A stretch of 40,921 nucleotides of DNA from Candidatus Eiseniibacteriota bacterium (lineage in GTDB: Bacteria > Eisenbacteria > RBG-16-71-46), in assembly GCA_031364845.1 (NCBI GenBank), contig JANLWX010000034.1, positions 1 to 40,921 on the forward strand. Reading direction: 5' to 3'. The notes under the pieces are model-generated. The model saw only the letters and a list, made by a program, of their open reading frames with translations, was not told the origin of the DNA and ran no database searches. Within the stretch, counting starts at the first letter, position 1, and each line of letters starts with the position of its first letter. The translations under genes and the position numbers were made by a program. Positions 1 to 8,918 of this stretch are shown here, one piece after another.

Positions 1-1884
1 CAGCAGACGATGACGTCCGAGTACGTGGACGACCGGCCCGAGGCGCTCTACTACGTCTACGAGGGTGGCGAGAACCACCGCCCACTCGGGCTCTCGGTGC
101 ACCAGGAGACCTACGCGTGGAGCGCGCCCGGCTACGACGGCGTCGCCGGACTTTCGTTCCGCATCACGAACCATGGCAACGAGACGTTGCGCGACGTCCG
201 CATCGGCTTGATGGCCGATCTCGATTCGCGCGAACGCAACGACCGTGGCGGGCACCTCGACGACCGCGTCGAATACGAGAGCTATCGTCGCATGATTCAG
301 GGCGCGAGCGACTCGATCACGGTGTTCGGCGTCAACCTCTGCTTCGGGCCACCGTGCCCGCCTCCTGCGCCGTGCATCACGACACTTGCCCAGACGCTGC
401 CGATCGTCACGGACTTCCATCGCAAAGGCTACCCCTCGACCGCCGTCATCCCGCTCGGCCACACGACGGATCCGCTCGCCTACATTCCATCGGCGGCGCA
501 GTACGCCCGCGCTCCGCGCTCGCAATCGTTCCGCTCCTCGGTCTACGCCCGCGGGCGGATCCCCGGCCAGGGCGGGCTGCCGTCGATCGATCGCGAGCGG
601 TACGAGGCGATGGCGGGCGAGTTCCCGGTCGCGAGCACGACCGTTCCCGACGACTACGTCGTGCTGGTTTCGTGCGGACCGTTCGAAACGTTGATGCCCG
701 GACAGAGCCTCGACTTCGAAGTCGCGCTGGTCAGCACACTCGACCGCGACAGCCTCGCGACGTTGATGGGCAACGCCGCGGTGCTGCATCACGGCGAGAT
801 CTTGAACGCGTTTCCCGATTCGCTGAATTCCCGCTGGCCCAACGACTGGAACTTTGGGACGAGCGGGATCAACGGTCACGAGGTGTGCATCGAAGCGCCG
901 CCCGGCATCACGTTCGTTCACGACCCGCATTGCCCGCAGAAGTTTCCAGAAGACGGCCAGCCAGGCCCGTTGCCGCAAGTGTATCGAAGTGGCACGTGCA
1001 TCTGGACCGACGCGGACTGCCAGCGCTGCACCGGCATGAAGGGCTTCGACACGCGCCCGCGCTGGCTCGATCCGGGAGACCTGCCGCTCGCGCCGCCGCT
1101 GCGATTGATTCCCGGCGACCACTCGATCCGGCTCGAATGGAGCAACCTGCCCGAGATCTATCATCGCGCCGGCCTGTCGGGGCCGCCGCGCACGCGTTTC
1201 GCCGGCTATCGCGTGTACCGGCTCGCCGACTGGCGCGATCGCAAGTCGCTGCTTCCGCCGCATGACAACTGGGCGTTGCTCGGTTCCTACGGCCTCGACA
1301 ACCGCAACGGTCGAAGCCCGATTGCCGAAATCACCGACACCACGATCGACTACGAGCGGATCCTCTACGAGCAGCGGCTCTATCCGATAGGCCGCTACGC
1401 GCTCGTCGACTCGCAGGTGCTGAACGGCTTCGACTACGCGTATGCCGTCACGACCGTGCTCGAGCGGGACATCGATGACGGCGCCGGATTCATCCGCGTC
1501 GAACGCTTCGAGAGCCCCTTCGCCCCGCGGTTCGAAGAGATCGTGCGCCCGGCCGTCTCTGCGCGAAGTCCCGCGGGCAAAGTGTGGGTGGTCCCGAACC
1601 CGTATCGCGGGAGCGAAGTGTGGCAACGGCCGAACGTGCTCGGCGATCCGCTGAGCCGGCACATCGACTTCATGGGACTGCCGCGCGCGCGCTCGACGAT
1701 CAAGATCTGGACGGTGGCCGGCGATCACGTCGCGAGCATCGATCACGACGGGAGCGGCGGCAACGGCGAAGCGGCGTGGAATCTCGTCTCGCGCAACGGC
1801 CAGGAGATCGAATCAGGGATCTATCTGTTCACGGTCGAATCTCCACTCGGCAGCGACATCGGCCGCTTCGTGGTGATCCGATGA
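1..1884 (+). CDS. Large secreted protein, 5'-truncated by the window edge, Cys-rich, with C-terminal FlgD-Ig/T9SS-like domain
   Basis: Frame is open from base 1. C-terminus VVPNPY...TIKIWTVAGD...AWNLVSRNGQEIESGIYLF...GRFVVIR resembles the C-terminal domain of secreted FCB-group proteins. A FN3-like segment (IRLEWSN...FAGYRVYR...YAYAVTT) precedes it. Confidence 0.7.
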   Translation, partial: QQTMTSEYVDDRPEALYYVYEGGENHRPLGLSVHQETYAWSAPGYDGVAGLSFRITNHGNETLRDVRIGLMADLDSRERNDRGGHLDDRVEYESYRRMIQGASDSITVFGVNLCFGPPCPPPAPCITTLAQTLPIVTDFHRKGYPSTAVIPLGHTTDPLAYIPSAAQYARAPRSQSFRSSVYARGRIPGQGGLPSIDRERYEAMAGEFPVASTTVPDDYVVLVSCGPFETLMPGQSLDFEVALVSTLDRDSLATLMGNAAVLHHGEILNAFPDSLNSRWPNDWNFGTSGINGHEVCIEAPPGITFVHDPHCPQKFPEDGQPGPLPQVYRSGTCIWTDADCQRCTGMKGFDTRPRWLDPGDLPLAPPLRLIPGDHSIRLEWSNLPEIYHRAGLSGPPRTRFAGYRVYRLADWRDRKSLLPPHDNWALLGSYGLDNRNGRSPIAEITDTTIDYERILYEQRLYPIGRYALVDSQVLNGFDYAYAVTTVLERDIDDGAGFIRVERFESPFAPRFEEIVRPAVSARSPAGKVWVVPNPYRGSEVWQRPNVLGDPLSRHIDFMGLPRARSTIKIWTVAGDHVASIDHDGSGGNGEAAWNLVSRNGQEIESGIYLFTVESPLGSDIGRFVVIR

Positions 1885-3122
1885 TGCGGAGCCGGAACTG
1901 GAGCGCGCCGCGCGCTCTTTCGCTGATGCTGGTCCTCGGTGCGCTCGCCGGAGGCTGCGGGAAGAAGAGTTCCACCGGGCCGCCACTCGAGGAACGACTG
2001 CCGCCGTCGGTCGTCTCGACGTTTCCGGTGGCGCGCTCCACCGGCGTGCCGTTCGAAACGCCGATCTGGGCGCGGTTCCGCGAACCGCTGGATTCGGCCA
2101 CCGTCTCTGCCACCACGGTGTTCCTCAAGATCGACACGCGCCGCATTCCCGCGACCATCACGCTCGAGGACTCGTCGCGAACGATCGTGATCCGTCCGAA
2201 CGGACCGCTCGAATTGCGCCGGACGCACACCGTCGAATTCTCGCCGAGTGTGCGAACGGTCGCGGGGGCGAGCCTCGACCGAACGTACTTCTGGCAGTTC
2301 ACGACGGTTTCGGTGCGCCGCCCGCTCAGTCCCGAACCCGCGTCCGGTGCTGCGTTCGAATCGCCGGTCGCTCCGTTGTTCTGGGATGAGACCGAGGCCG
2401 GCGCGGGCCCGGTCGAGTACCGGTTGTATCAGGGTGCCGACTCCGCGCAGGTCGCGGCCGAAGCGACCGAGCCCGTGATCCTGGGAGGGGCCGCACTCTT
2501 GCCGTCGGTCTCGTGGGAGCGCGGCGCCAGGGTTTATTGGAAGGTGCACGCGCGCAATCTGGAAACCGGAGACGAAGCCGCCGGTGCCGTGTGGCATTTC
2601 AATGTCGCGCCGTCCGACGCGGTGCTCGATTCGTTCCTGATCTATCCGCGGGATTCGGGCTATTGGGACGAGCTCTTTCGGGTGTGGCGCTGTCCGGGAC
2701 TCTTGAGCGGAAGCCGGTATGGCGGGCTCGCGCGATTCGACTTCGAGTCGCTCGATTCGAACCTGGTGCTCGCGGACGCGCAGATCCGGATGTACACCGC
2801 CAACAACATCACCGTCACGCACAACGCGCAGGTCTTCATGCTGCTGAACAGCCAGGCGCCGTGCGACGCGCGCTTCCCGTATTTCCCGCCGATCCAGAAC
2901 ACGGCGCTGGCATCGGGCATCCGCGACGAGCTGAACTACGTGCGGTTTGTCTCTGTGCCGCTGGCAGCACAGATTCAGGCGCGGATCCGCAGGCATCGTG
3001 AGTTCAACGATTATTCCTTCCGCTCCAACCTCACGATTACTTACACGCTGTCGGCGCCCGGCTCGGGGGCGTACATCTACCACCTGCGCCCGGCCGGCAC
3101 GCTGGCGAGTAGGCCCCGGTGA
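1881..3122 (+). CDS. Lipoprotein with Big_5/SbsA Ig-like domain, FN3-like domain and possible DNRLRE-like C-terminal domain
   Basis: ATG at 1881 overlaps the upstream TGA (ATGA). Lipobox LAGGC. PPSVVSTFP...F.EPLD...YFWQFTT is a typical Big_5 pattern. Confidence 0.7.
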   Translation: MMRSRNWSAPRALSLMLVLGALAGGCGKKSSTGPPLEERLPPSVVSTFPVARSTGVPFETPIWARFREPLDSATVSATTVFLKIDTRRIPATITLEDSSRTIVIRPNGPLELRRTHTVEFSPSVRTVAGASLDRTYFWQFTTVSVRRPLSPEPASGAAFESPVAPLFWDETEAGAGPVEYRLYQGADSAQVAAEATEPVILGGAALLPSVSWERGARVYWKVHARNLETGDEAAGAVWHFNVAPSDAVLDSFLIYPRDSGYWDELFRVWRCPGLLSGSRYGGLARFDFESLDSNLVLADAQIRMYTANNITVTHNAQVFMLLNSQAPCDARFPYFPPIQNTALASGIRDELNYVRFVSVPLAAQIQARIRRHREFNDYSFRSNLTITYTLSAPGSGAYIYHLRPAGTLASRPR

Positions 3123-4273
3123 TCCCGAGCCCGCACCCGATGCGTGCTGCCCGACTGATGATCTTCGTGATCTTCGCCGCACTGCTGCACGCGGTCCCGC
3201 AGGCGCACTCGGCCGACGCCGTCGGGTCGCCGCGCGTGCGGCCGTGGGTGCCGCCAGGCTTCGACTCGCTGCAGACCTGGGCCGCGGAATCGCGCGCGGA
3301 GTTTCGCGATCAGCCGCGCGATGCGATCGATTCGGTCACGGTCATTCCCTACAACCGGGCGTCCGCGATCGCGATGAAGTGGATGAGATCGCTCGGCCGC
3401 TCGGCGGTCGTTCAGGCCCGGCCGATCGAAGTCGCACTCGACTCGCTCGGATTCGATACCGAAATCGTCTCCGATCCCGTGCTGCCGAACTTCATGCTGA
3501 TGGTGGTGCGCAATCCGTTCCGGCTCACGGCGAGCTCGATGGCGTACCTCTTCTGGTATCGCGGCGACCGCGTGATGCAGCAGGGCGTCGAACTGCACGG
3601 CGGCCAGTCGCCGCAGATGCGCGTGTGGTGGAGCGGCGAGCGCGACGCGCCGTACAAGTGGGCGCTGCTGGATCGCAGCCGCGGAGACGCCACGGTGATG
3701 CGCTTCATGCTGTTCAAGCTCACGGCAGACGGCGGCCTGTGGCGCCCTGCCCAGTACGAAGGCAACGGCCCGAATCTCGGCCACGCGCACAGCGCGAACC
3801 TCAGCGATGTGAATGGCGACGGCTTGCCGGAGTTGGTGTCGTGGTCGGACGCGCCACCCGATACCATGTTCGAGGCGTGCACCGGATGTCCGCGCCGCCT
3901 GATCGAGAACATCTTCGTCGAGCGCAAGGACGAAGGCTACGGGTTGCACGACAGCCGGCTGGTTCCCTCGCCCTACTCGATGTTCGTGCTGTTCATTAGA
4001 TTCCTCGTCGATCACAATCGCGCCGCCGCGGCACGGTTGCTCGACGATCCGGCGAAACTCGACGAAGCGGTCGCGATGGGCTGGGGAACGCGCCGCTCGC
4101 CGGGAACCTGGAAACTCGAGATGTCCGAGAGTGAGCGCTGGCCGAGGTGGTTGCAGTTCCGATTCCGCGGTGCCCGCGGCGTCGAACACTACGTGGTGCG
4201 GTTCAAGCAGAAGGACGGCCGATGGATCATCGAGAACTGGAAGCGCGCCGCAGCCCGCGACACCACGCGGTGA
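3119..4273 (+). CDS. Hypothetical exported protein with CxxCP motif and one DVNGDGLPEL (FG-GAP-like) loop
   Basis: GTGA overlap with the upstream gene; hydrophobic signal peptide ending AHSA; high-GC codon pattern. Confidence 0.65.
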   Translation: MIPSPHPMRAARLMIFVIFAALLHAVPQAHSADAVGSPRVRPWVPPGFDSLQTWAAESRAEFRDQPRDAIDSVTVIPYNRASAIAMKWMRSLGRSAVVQARPIEVALDSLGFDTEIVSDPVLPNFMLMVVRNPFRLTASSMAYLFWYRGDRVMQQGVELHGGQSPQMRVWWSGERDAPYKWALLDRSRGDATVMRFMLFKLTADGGLWRPAQYEGNGPNLGHAHSANLSDVNGDGLPELVSWSDAPPDTMFEACTGCPRRLIENIFVERKDEGYGLHDSRLVPSPYSMFVLFIRFLVDHNRAAAARLLDDPAKLDEAVAMGWGTRRSPGTWKLEMSESERWPRWLQFRFRGARGVEHYVVRFKQKDGRWIIENWKRAAARDTTR

Positions 4274-5352
4274 AACGGATCTTCGCCACGGTCATGCCCT
4301 GGCTGCGCGTTGCCGCGTTCGCGCTGGCGATTGCGTTCGCGGGCTCGTGCACGCGCAAGACCACGCTGATCGAGGAGGACACGAATACCGCGGGCGTGGT
4401 TTCCACCGACTCGCTCGCCGCTCTACTGCGCGATGTCGAGCAGGCGTGGGATTCGCAGTCCGACGACGCCCGCGCCGCCTCGCTCACGGGGCTCGCGCTC
4501 TACCAGGATCTGAGCCGCCACGCGCCCGCCGAATGGCGAGGACGCGCCGAGGATCTGCTGGACTCGCTCGGCGTCGGCGTCGAGACCGCCGGTGGAGCGT
4601 GCGGGCTGATGGTGAACCTGTTCGTGCGCTCCGATCCCTCGCGCGGTTCGTGGCCCGCGTTCTACTGGTGCGAAGGCGTGCAGCCCTACTGGCAGGAGGT
4701 CGAGGGCAAGGGCATGGGGCTGGTCGCGATGACGATCGGCAAGGATACCTGCGCGGTCAGCGCTCCGACCCGCGCGGCGGCGTTGTTCACGCGCGCGAAG
4801 GGCAGCCGGCAGGAACCGGTGCTGTACGCGTGGACGAGGCGTCCCAAGGAGCATCGCTGGAAGATCAGCCAGACGCTTGGTCCCGATTCGCTCGGCGGAT
4901 TCGGCACCGGTACGTTCGCGACCGCCGACACCAGCATCGAACTCGTCGCGCGCACGTTCCGCACTCCGCGCGGATGGGAGGAGTGCAACTCGTGCCCGCA
5001 CCTCGATCGCGAGCATCGCTTTCGCTGGGGCCCGAACGGGTTCGAGCGCGTCGCCGACCGCGACGTGTCCTCGACCTATTCGACGTTCGTGCACTTCGTC
5101 GACGAGTTGATGCGCGCCGACCCGGCCGCTTCAATGCGGGTGACCGATCCTACGCTGGTCGATCAGGCGATCCAGTTCGAGTGGAACCGCTCGAAGGGCA
5201 CCTGGCGCATCGCGCCCGCGACCGAAGCGCGCGGGGCGGAATTGACGTTCCTGCGCGGATCGCAGGAGGCGTATCGCGTGACCTTCCGGCCGGAAGGCGA
5301 AGAGGACTGGCTCATCACGTCGATCACGGCGGTGCCGCGGTCGCTGGAGTAA
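4270..5352 (+). CDS. Hypothetical lipoprotein, paralogue of the preceding gene (CxxCP motif)
   Basis: GTG at 4270 overlaps the upstream TGA. Lipobox FAGSC. Shares LDSLG, CxxCP, YSxFVxF and GTW blocks with 3119..4273. Confidence 0.65.
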   Translation: MKRIFATVMPWLRVAAFALAIAFAGSCTRKTTLIEEDTNTAGVVSTDSLAALLRDVEQAWDSQSDDARAASLTGLALYQDLSRHAPAEWRGRAEDLLDSLGVGVETAGGACGLMVNLFVRSDPSRGSWPAFYWCEGVQPYWQEVEGKGMGLVAMTIGKDTCAVSAPTRAAALFTRAKGSRQEPVLYAWTRRPKEHRWKISQTLGPDSLGGFGTGTFATADTSIELVARTFRTPRGWEECNSCPHLDREHRFRWGPNGFERVADRDVSSTYSTFVHFVDELMRADPAASMRVTDPTLVDQAIQFEWNRSKGTWRIAPATEARGAELTFLRGSQEAYRVTFRPEGEEDWLITSITAVPRSLE

Positions 5353-5383
5353 CCGTGTGCGCGCTTGCGCGCACACAGTCTTC

Positions 5384-6169
5384 TCAGTGCAGTGAGAATC
5401 GAATCGGCACGTCGACCCACACGGCGACGGTGGCGCCTTCCCTGGATCGTGCGGGCTTGAAGATCCACTGCCGGACGGCGGCGGCTGCCGCGGCGTCGAG
5501 TTCAGGAGCCGGGTTCGTCTCACTGATCGATTTCACGATCATCGTCCTCGACACGCGGCCGTCCTTGCCCACCAGCGCCTTCACCACGACCGTACCCTGG
5601 ATGCCGGCCTCTCTCATCGCGGGCGGGTATGTCGGAGGCACTTTCGTGATTGCTTCGGGAAGTTCTTCGACATAGACATACGCTCCCGGCTCGGGTTCCT
5701 CGGTCGAAGGCGGCGTCACCCTCACTTGCGGCCTGGGTGGCGCGATCACTTCCTTCGGCTTGGGTTTCCAATGCTCGTCCTGACGAAGGCTTCCGCCTCG
5801 CGGCGCGAGCACCGCGTCGATCGAGCCGTCGTCGCGAACCGTGAACTGGAGTCTTCCGTACGGCACTTCCGGCATCGGATTTCCGAGGTCATCGAGATCG
5901 CGCATCATGCCCACGAACTCGCGATTGCGGAAGAATCCGACGGCATTCCATCCCGAACTCGACTCGACTTCCCCGACCCCATCGGGGCGAACGGCGATGC
6001 GCAGGTTGCTCTCGGCCGACGCATAGAGTCCCGAGGGATTCGCGATCGCGGACTTCGCAGACGCGGCCGGGGGCGGAGCCGACTTGCGGATCACATCGGC
6101 GGATACCGGCGGGGTCGTGAAACCGAGAACGATCAACACCGTGGCTGAGAGTGTTGCGATGCGCTGCAC
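5384..6169 (-). CDS. TonB family C-terminal domain protein
   Basis: C-terminal PTYPPAMREAGIQGTVVVKALVGKDGRV...LDAAAAAAVRQWIFKPA...VWVDVPIRFSL is a classic TonB_C pattern; N-terminal hydrophobic segment. Confidence 0.8.
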   Translation of the reverse strand: MQRIATLSATVLIVLGFTTPPVSADVIRKSAPPPAASAKSAIANPSGLYASAESNLRIAVRPDGVGEVESSSGWNAVGFFRNREFVGMMRDLDDLGNPMPEVPYGRLQFTVRDDGSIDAVLAPRGGSLRQDEHWKPKPKEVIAPPRPQVRVTPPSTEEPEPGAYVYVEELPEAITKVPPTYPPAMREAGIQGTVVVKALVGKDGRVSRTMIVKSISETNPAPELDAAAAAAVRQWIFKPARSREGATVAVWVDVPIRFSLH

Positions 6170-6307
6170 GGCTCCTCCTGATCCTGCGTTGGTTTCGACT
6201 CCGGTCGATTGCGGTGGGCGACCCCGGCACTACCGCAGAAACGTGACCATCCGCCTTCGAACCGCTGTCCGCAAGGGGTAGCGATCTTCGCCCCGGCTCA
6301 ACGTTCC

Positions 6308-6328
6308 AACTGTCTTTAGAAGACAGTT
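6308..6328. promoter_or_regulatory. Perfect inverted repeat AACTGTCTT-tag-AAGACAGTT, candidate operator
   Basis: 9-bp arms with a 3-nt spacer, AT-rich, in the divergent intergenic region between the TonB-C gene and the helicase. Confidence 0.4.
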
Positions 6329-6336
6329 CGTCTGCA

Positions 6337-6378
6337 GGGCCGTCGACTGTTGGGCCGCCGACTGTTGGGCCGCCGACT
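6337..6378 (+). repeat. 15-bp tandem repeat GGGCCGYCGACTGTT, about 2.8 copies
   Basis: Units read directly at 6337, 6352 and 6367 (last one partial). Confidence 0.85.
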
Positions 6379-6488
6379 TGCTCATCTGTGCCCGTACGGA
6401 CATACTGCGCGAACCCCGCTGAGCGTCCCGAGCGCTCTCGATCCCAACGGGCAGACCGCGGTGCGCGCGGACTGCAGGGAAGCATCCA

Positions 6489-8918
6489 ATGCAAGCACCT
6501 CCGACCCGTTTCCTCGAGCGCAACGGTTCACTCGAGGGCCCGGGCACGCCTGACGGCTCTGCGATTTCGTCCGACCTGACCCACGCGCCGCTCTCCCAGT
6601 GGCTCGCGACGTTCTCCGAGCGCCCCGAAAATCGCGGCGCAATCGCGCGCTGGGAGACGCTCGCCGCGCGCCCCGCGCGCTTCGGCGATCTCTCCCGCCC
6701 GTTGCCCGAACCGATCGCGCAATCGCTCGCCGCGCACGGCATCGAGCAGCTCTACACCCACCAGGTCGAAGCGATCGAAGCGCTGCGCGCGCGCCGCGAC
6801 ACGGTGGTCGTCACCGGAACCGCGAGCGGGAAGAGTCTGTGCTACCACCTGCCGGTGATGGAATCGCTGCTCGATGATCCCGAAGCCACGGCCCTCTATC
6901 TGTTCCCGACCAAGGCGCTCGCGCAGGATCAACTGCAGGGGCTCACGCGCCTCGCGGGCTCGCACCCCGATCTGCTGCGCGGCGTGGTGGCGGGCGTCTA
7001 CGACGGCGACACGCAGGCGAGCACGCGGCGCAAGCTCCGCGACGATGCGAATGTGATCCTCTCGAACCCCGACATGCTGCACCAGGGCATCCTTCCGGCC
7101 CACGCGCGCTGGGGGCGCTTCTTTCGGAACTTGCGTTACGTCGTGGTCGACGAGATGCACGCCTACCGCGGCATCTTCGGCTCGCACGTCGCCAACGTGT
7201 TCCGCCGCCTCGAGCGCGTGGTGGCGCATGTCGGCGGCGACTTCCGCTACGTGCTCTGCAGCGCCACGATCCGCAATCCGGGCGAACTCGCGCGCTCGCT
7301 GGTGGGCCGCGACGTGCAGGTGGTCGACGACGACGGCGCGCCGCGCGGCGAGAAGCACTTCGTGTTCTGGAATCCGCCGTATTCCGACGACACCAAGGTC
7401 GAGCGGCGCTCGTCGAACGGCGAGGGCTGTGCGCTGTTCTCGGGGCTGGTCGCGGCGGGCGCTCAGGCGATCGCGTTCACCAAGTCGCGGGTGGCCGCGG
7501 AGCTGGTGTACCGCTACGTGCGCGAGCGGCTCGAACATCTGGAGCCGCGGCTCGCCGGGCGCGTGAAGTCGTATCGCGGCGGATATCTGCCCGAGGAGCG
7601 CCGCGCGATCGAGCGTGCGTTGTTCTCGGGCGAACTGCGCGGTGTGGTCAGCACCAACGCGCTCGAACTCGGCGTCGACATCGGCGGGCTTGATGCGGTG
7701 GTGATGATCGGAGCGCCGCCCACGCTCGCGAGCGCGTGGCAGCAGGCGGGGCGCGCGGGGCGCAAGGGCGAGGCGGCACTCGCGATCCTCGTGGCCTACA
7801 ACGACACCGTCGATCAGTACCTGATGCACCACCCCGACTACTTCTTCGGTCGCTCGCCCGAGGCGGCGGTGATCGATCCGCACAACCCGTACATCCTGGC
7901 GCAGCAGCTCGCGTGTGCCGCGTACGAGATCCCGCTCGGGCCCGCGGATCGGGAGGCATTCGGTCCGCAGACGCCGGCGATCCTCGAGGCGCTCGAGGAT
8001 TCGGGCGAGACCCGCACCATTGATGAGCGCTCGTACTGGGCGAAGACCGAGTTCCCCGCGGCGCGCGTCAATCTGCGCGCGATCTCGGACAACACCTACA
8101 CGATCATGGACGTGAAGCGCGGCAACGCGGTGATTGGCAACGTCGATGCGATCAGCGCGCTCGAGCTCGTGTATCCCGAGGCGATCTATCTGCACGAAGG
8201 CGAGACCTGCTTCGTGCGCGAGCTGGATCTGGTGGGCAAGACCGCCTACGTCGAGCCGCGCGAAGTCGACTACTACACGCAGCCGGTGCTCGACACGAAC
8301 ATCCGCGTGCGCCAGGAGTTGGAGCAGCGCGCGTGGCGCGGAGAGTCGACGCGCTTCGGCGAGGTCACCTACTCGTGGCAGACGATCGCGATGAAGAAGA
8401 TCAAGTTCCACTCGATCGACGCGATCGGCTATCACCCGCTCGACCTGCCGCGGCTGACGCTCGAGACCACCGGCTTCTGGATCGCGCCGAGTGAAGAGGC
8501 ATGGCGCGCGGTTGCGCGTCAGGGACTGAACCCGATCGAAGGGTTGTCGGGCGTGCGCAATCTGTTCCTCACGTTGCTTTCCATGCTCGCGATGTGCGAT
8601 CCCTCGGATCTGGGCGGCATGATCGACTCGTCGAACCTTGGCCGTCCGGCGCTGTTCGTGTTCGATCGCTATCCCGGCGGACTCGGATTCGCCGAGCAGG
8701 GGTGGGCGCGCATGGAAGAGCTGGCGCGCGCCGCACTCGGCCATGTCGAGAGCTGCCCGTGCGCGACCGGATGCCCGTCATGCGTCGGTCTTCCGATTTT
8801 GCGGGTCGCGCAGCAACAGGATCCGGATCTCGGCCGCGCGCGTGAGATCCCGGGCAAGCCCGCGGCTCTGGCACTGCTGAACTACTGGTTGAACCACGTT
8901 CCGGAGGAAAACGGATGA
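6489..8918 (+). CDS. DEAD/DEAH-box helicase with C-terminal DUF1998 (MrfA/SftH/Hrq1-like)
   Basis: Motifs LYTHQ, GTASGKS, PTKALAQDQ, DEMH, SAT, STNALELGVDIG, QQAGRAGR; C-terminal FDRYPGGLG and CPCATGCPSC zinc site. Confidence 0.92.
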   Translation: MQAPPTRFLERNGSLEGPGTPDGSAISSDLTHAPLSQWLATFSERPENRGAIARWETLAARPARFGDLSRPLPEPIAQSLAAHGIEQLYTHQVEAIEALRARRDTVVVTGTASGKSLCYHLPVMESLLDDPEATALYLFPTKALAQDQLQGLTRLAGSHPDLLRGVVAGVYDGDTQASTRRKLRDDANVILSNPDMLHQGILPAHARWGRFFRNLRYVVVDEMHAYRGIFGSHVANVFRRLERVVAHVGGDFRYVLCSATIRNPGELARSLVGRDVQVVDDDGAPRGEKHFVFWNPPYSDDTKVERRSSNGEGCALFSGLVAAGAQAIAFTKSRVAAELVYRYVRERLEHLEPRLAGRVKSYRGGYLPEERRAIERALFSGELRGVVSTNALELGVDIGGLDAVVMIGAPPTLASAWQQAGRAGRKGEAALAILVAYNDTVDQYLMHHPDYFFGRSPEAAVIDPHNPYILAQQLACAAYEIPLGPADREAFGPQTPAILEALEDSGETRTIDERSYWAKTEFPAARVNLRAISDNTYTIMDVKRGNAVIGNVDAISALELVYPEAIYLHEGETCFVRELDLVGKTAYVEPREVDYYTQPVLDTNIRVRQELEQRAWRGESTRFGEVTYSWQTIAMKKIKFHSIDAIGYHPLDLPRLTLETTGFWIAPSEEAWRAVARQGLNPIEGLSGVRNLFLTLLSMLAMCDPSDLGGMIDSSNLGRPALFVFDRYPGGLGFAEQGWARMEELARAALGHVESCPCATGCPSCVGLPILRVAQQQDPDLGRAREIPGKPAALALLNYWLNHVPEENG

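Noticed and set aside
6528..8744. 738-aa minus-strand ORF (and similar ones at 12899-14545, 15881-18286, 30560-32062, 37826-40060)
   Set aside because: Antisense shadows of well-supported genes with low-complexity Arg/Ala-rich translations.
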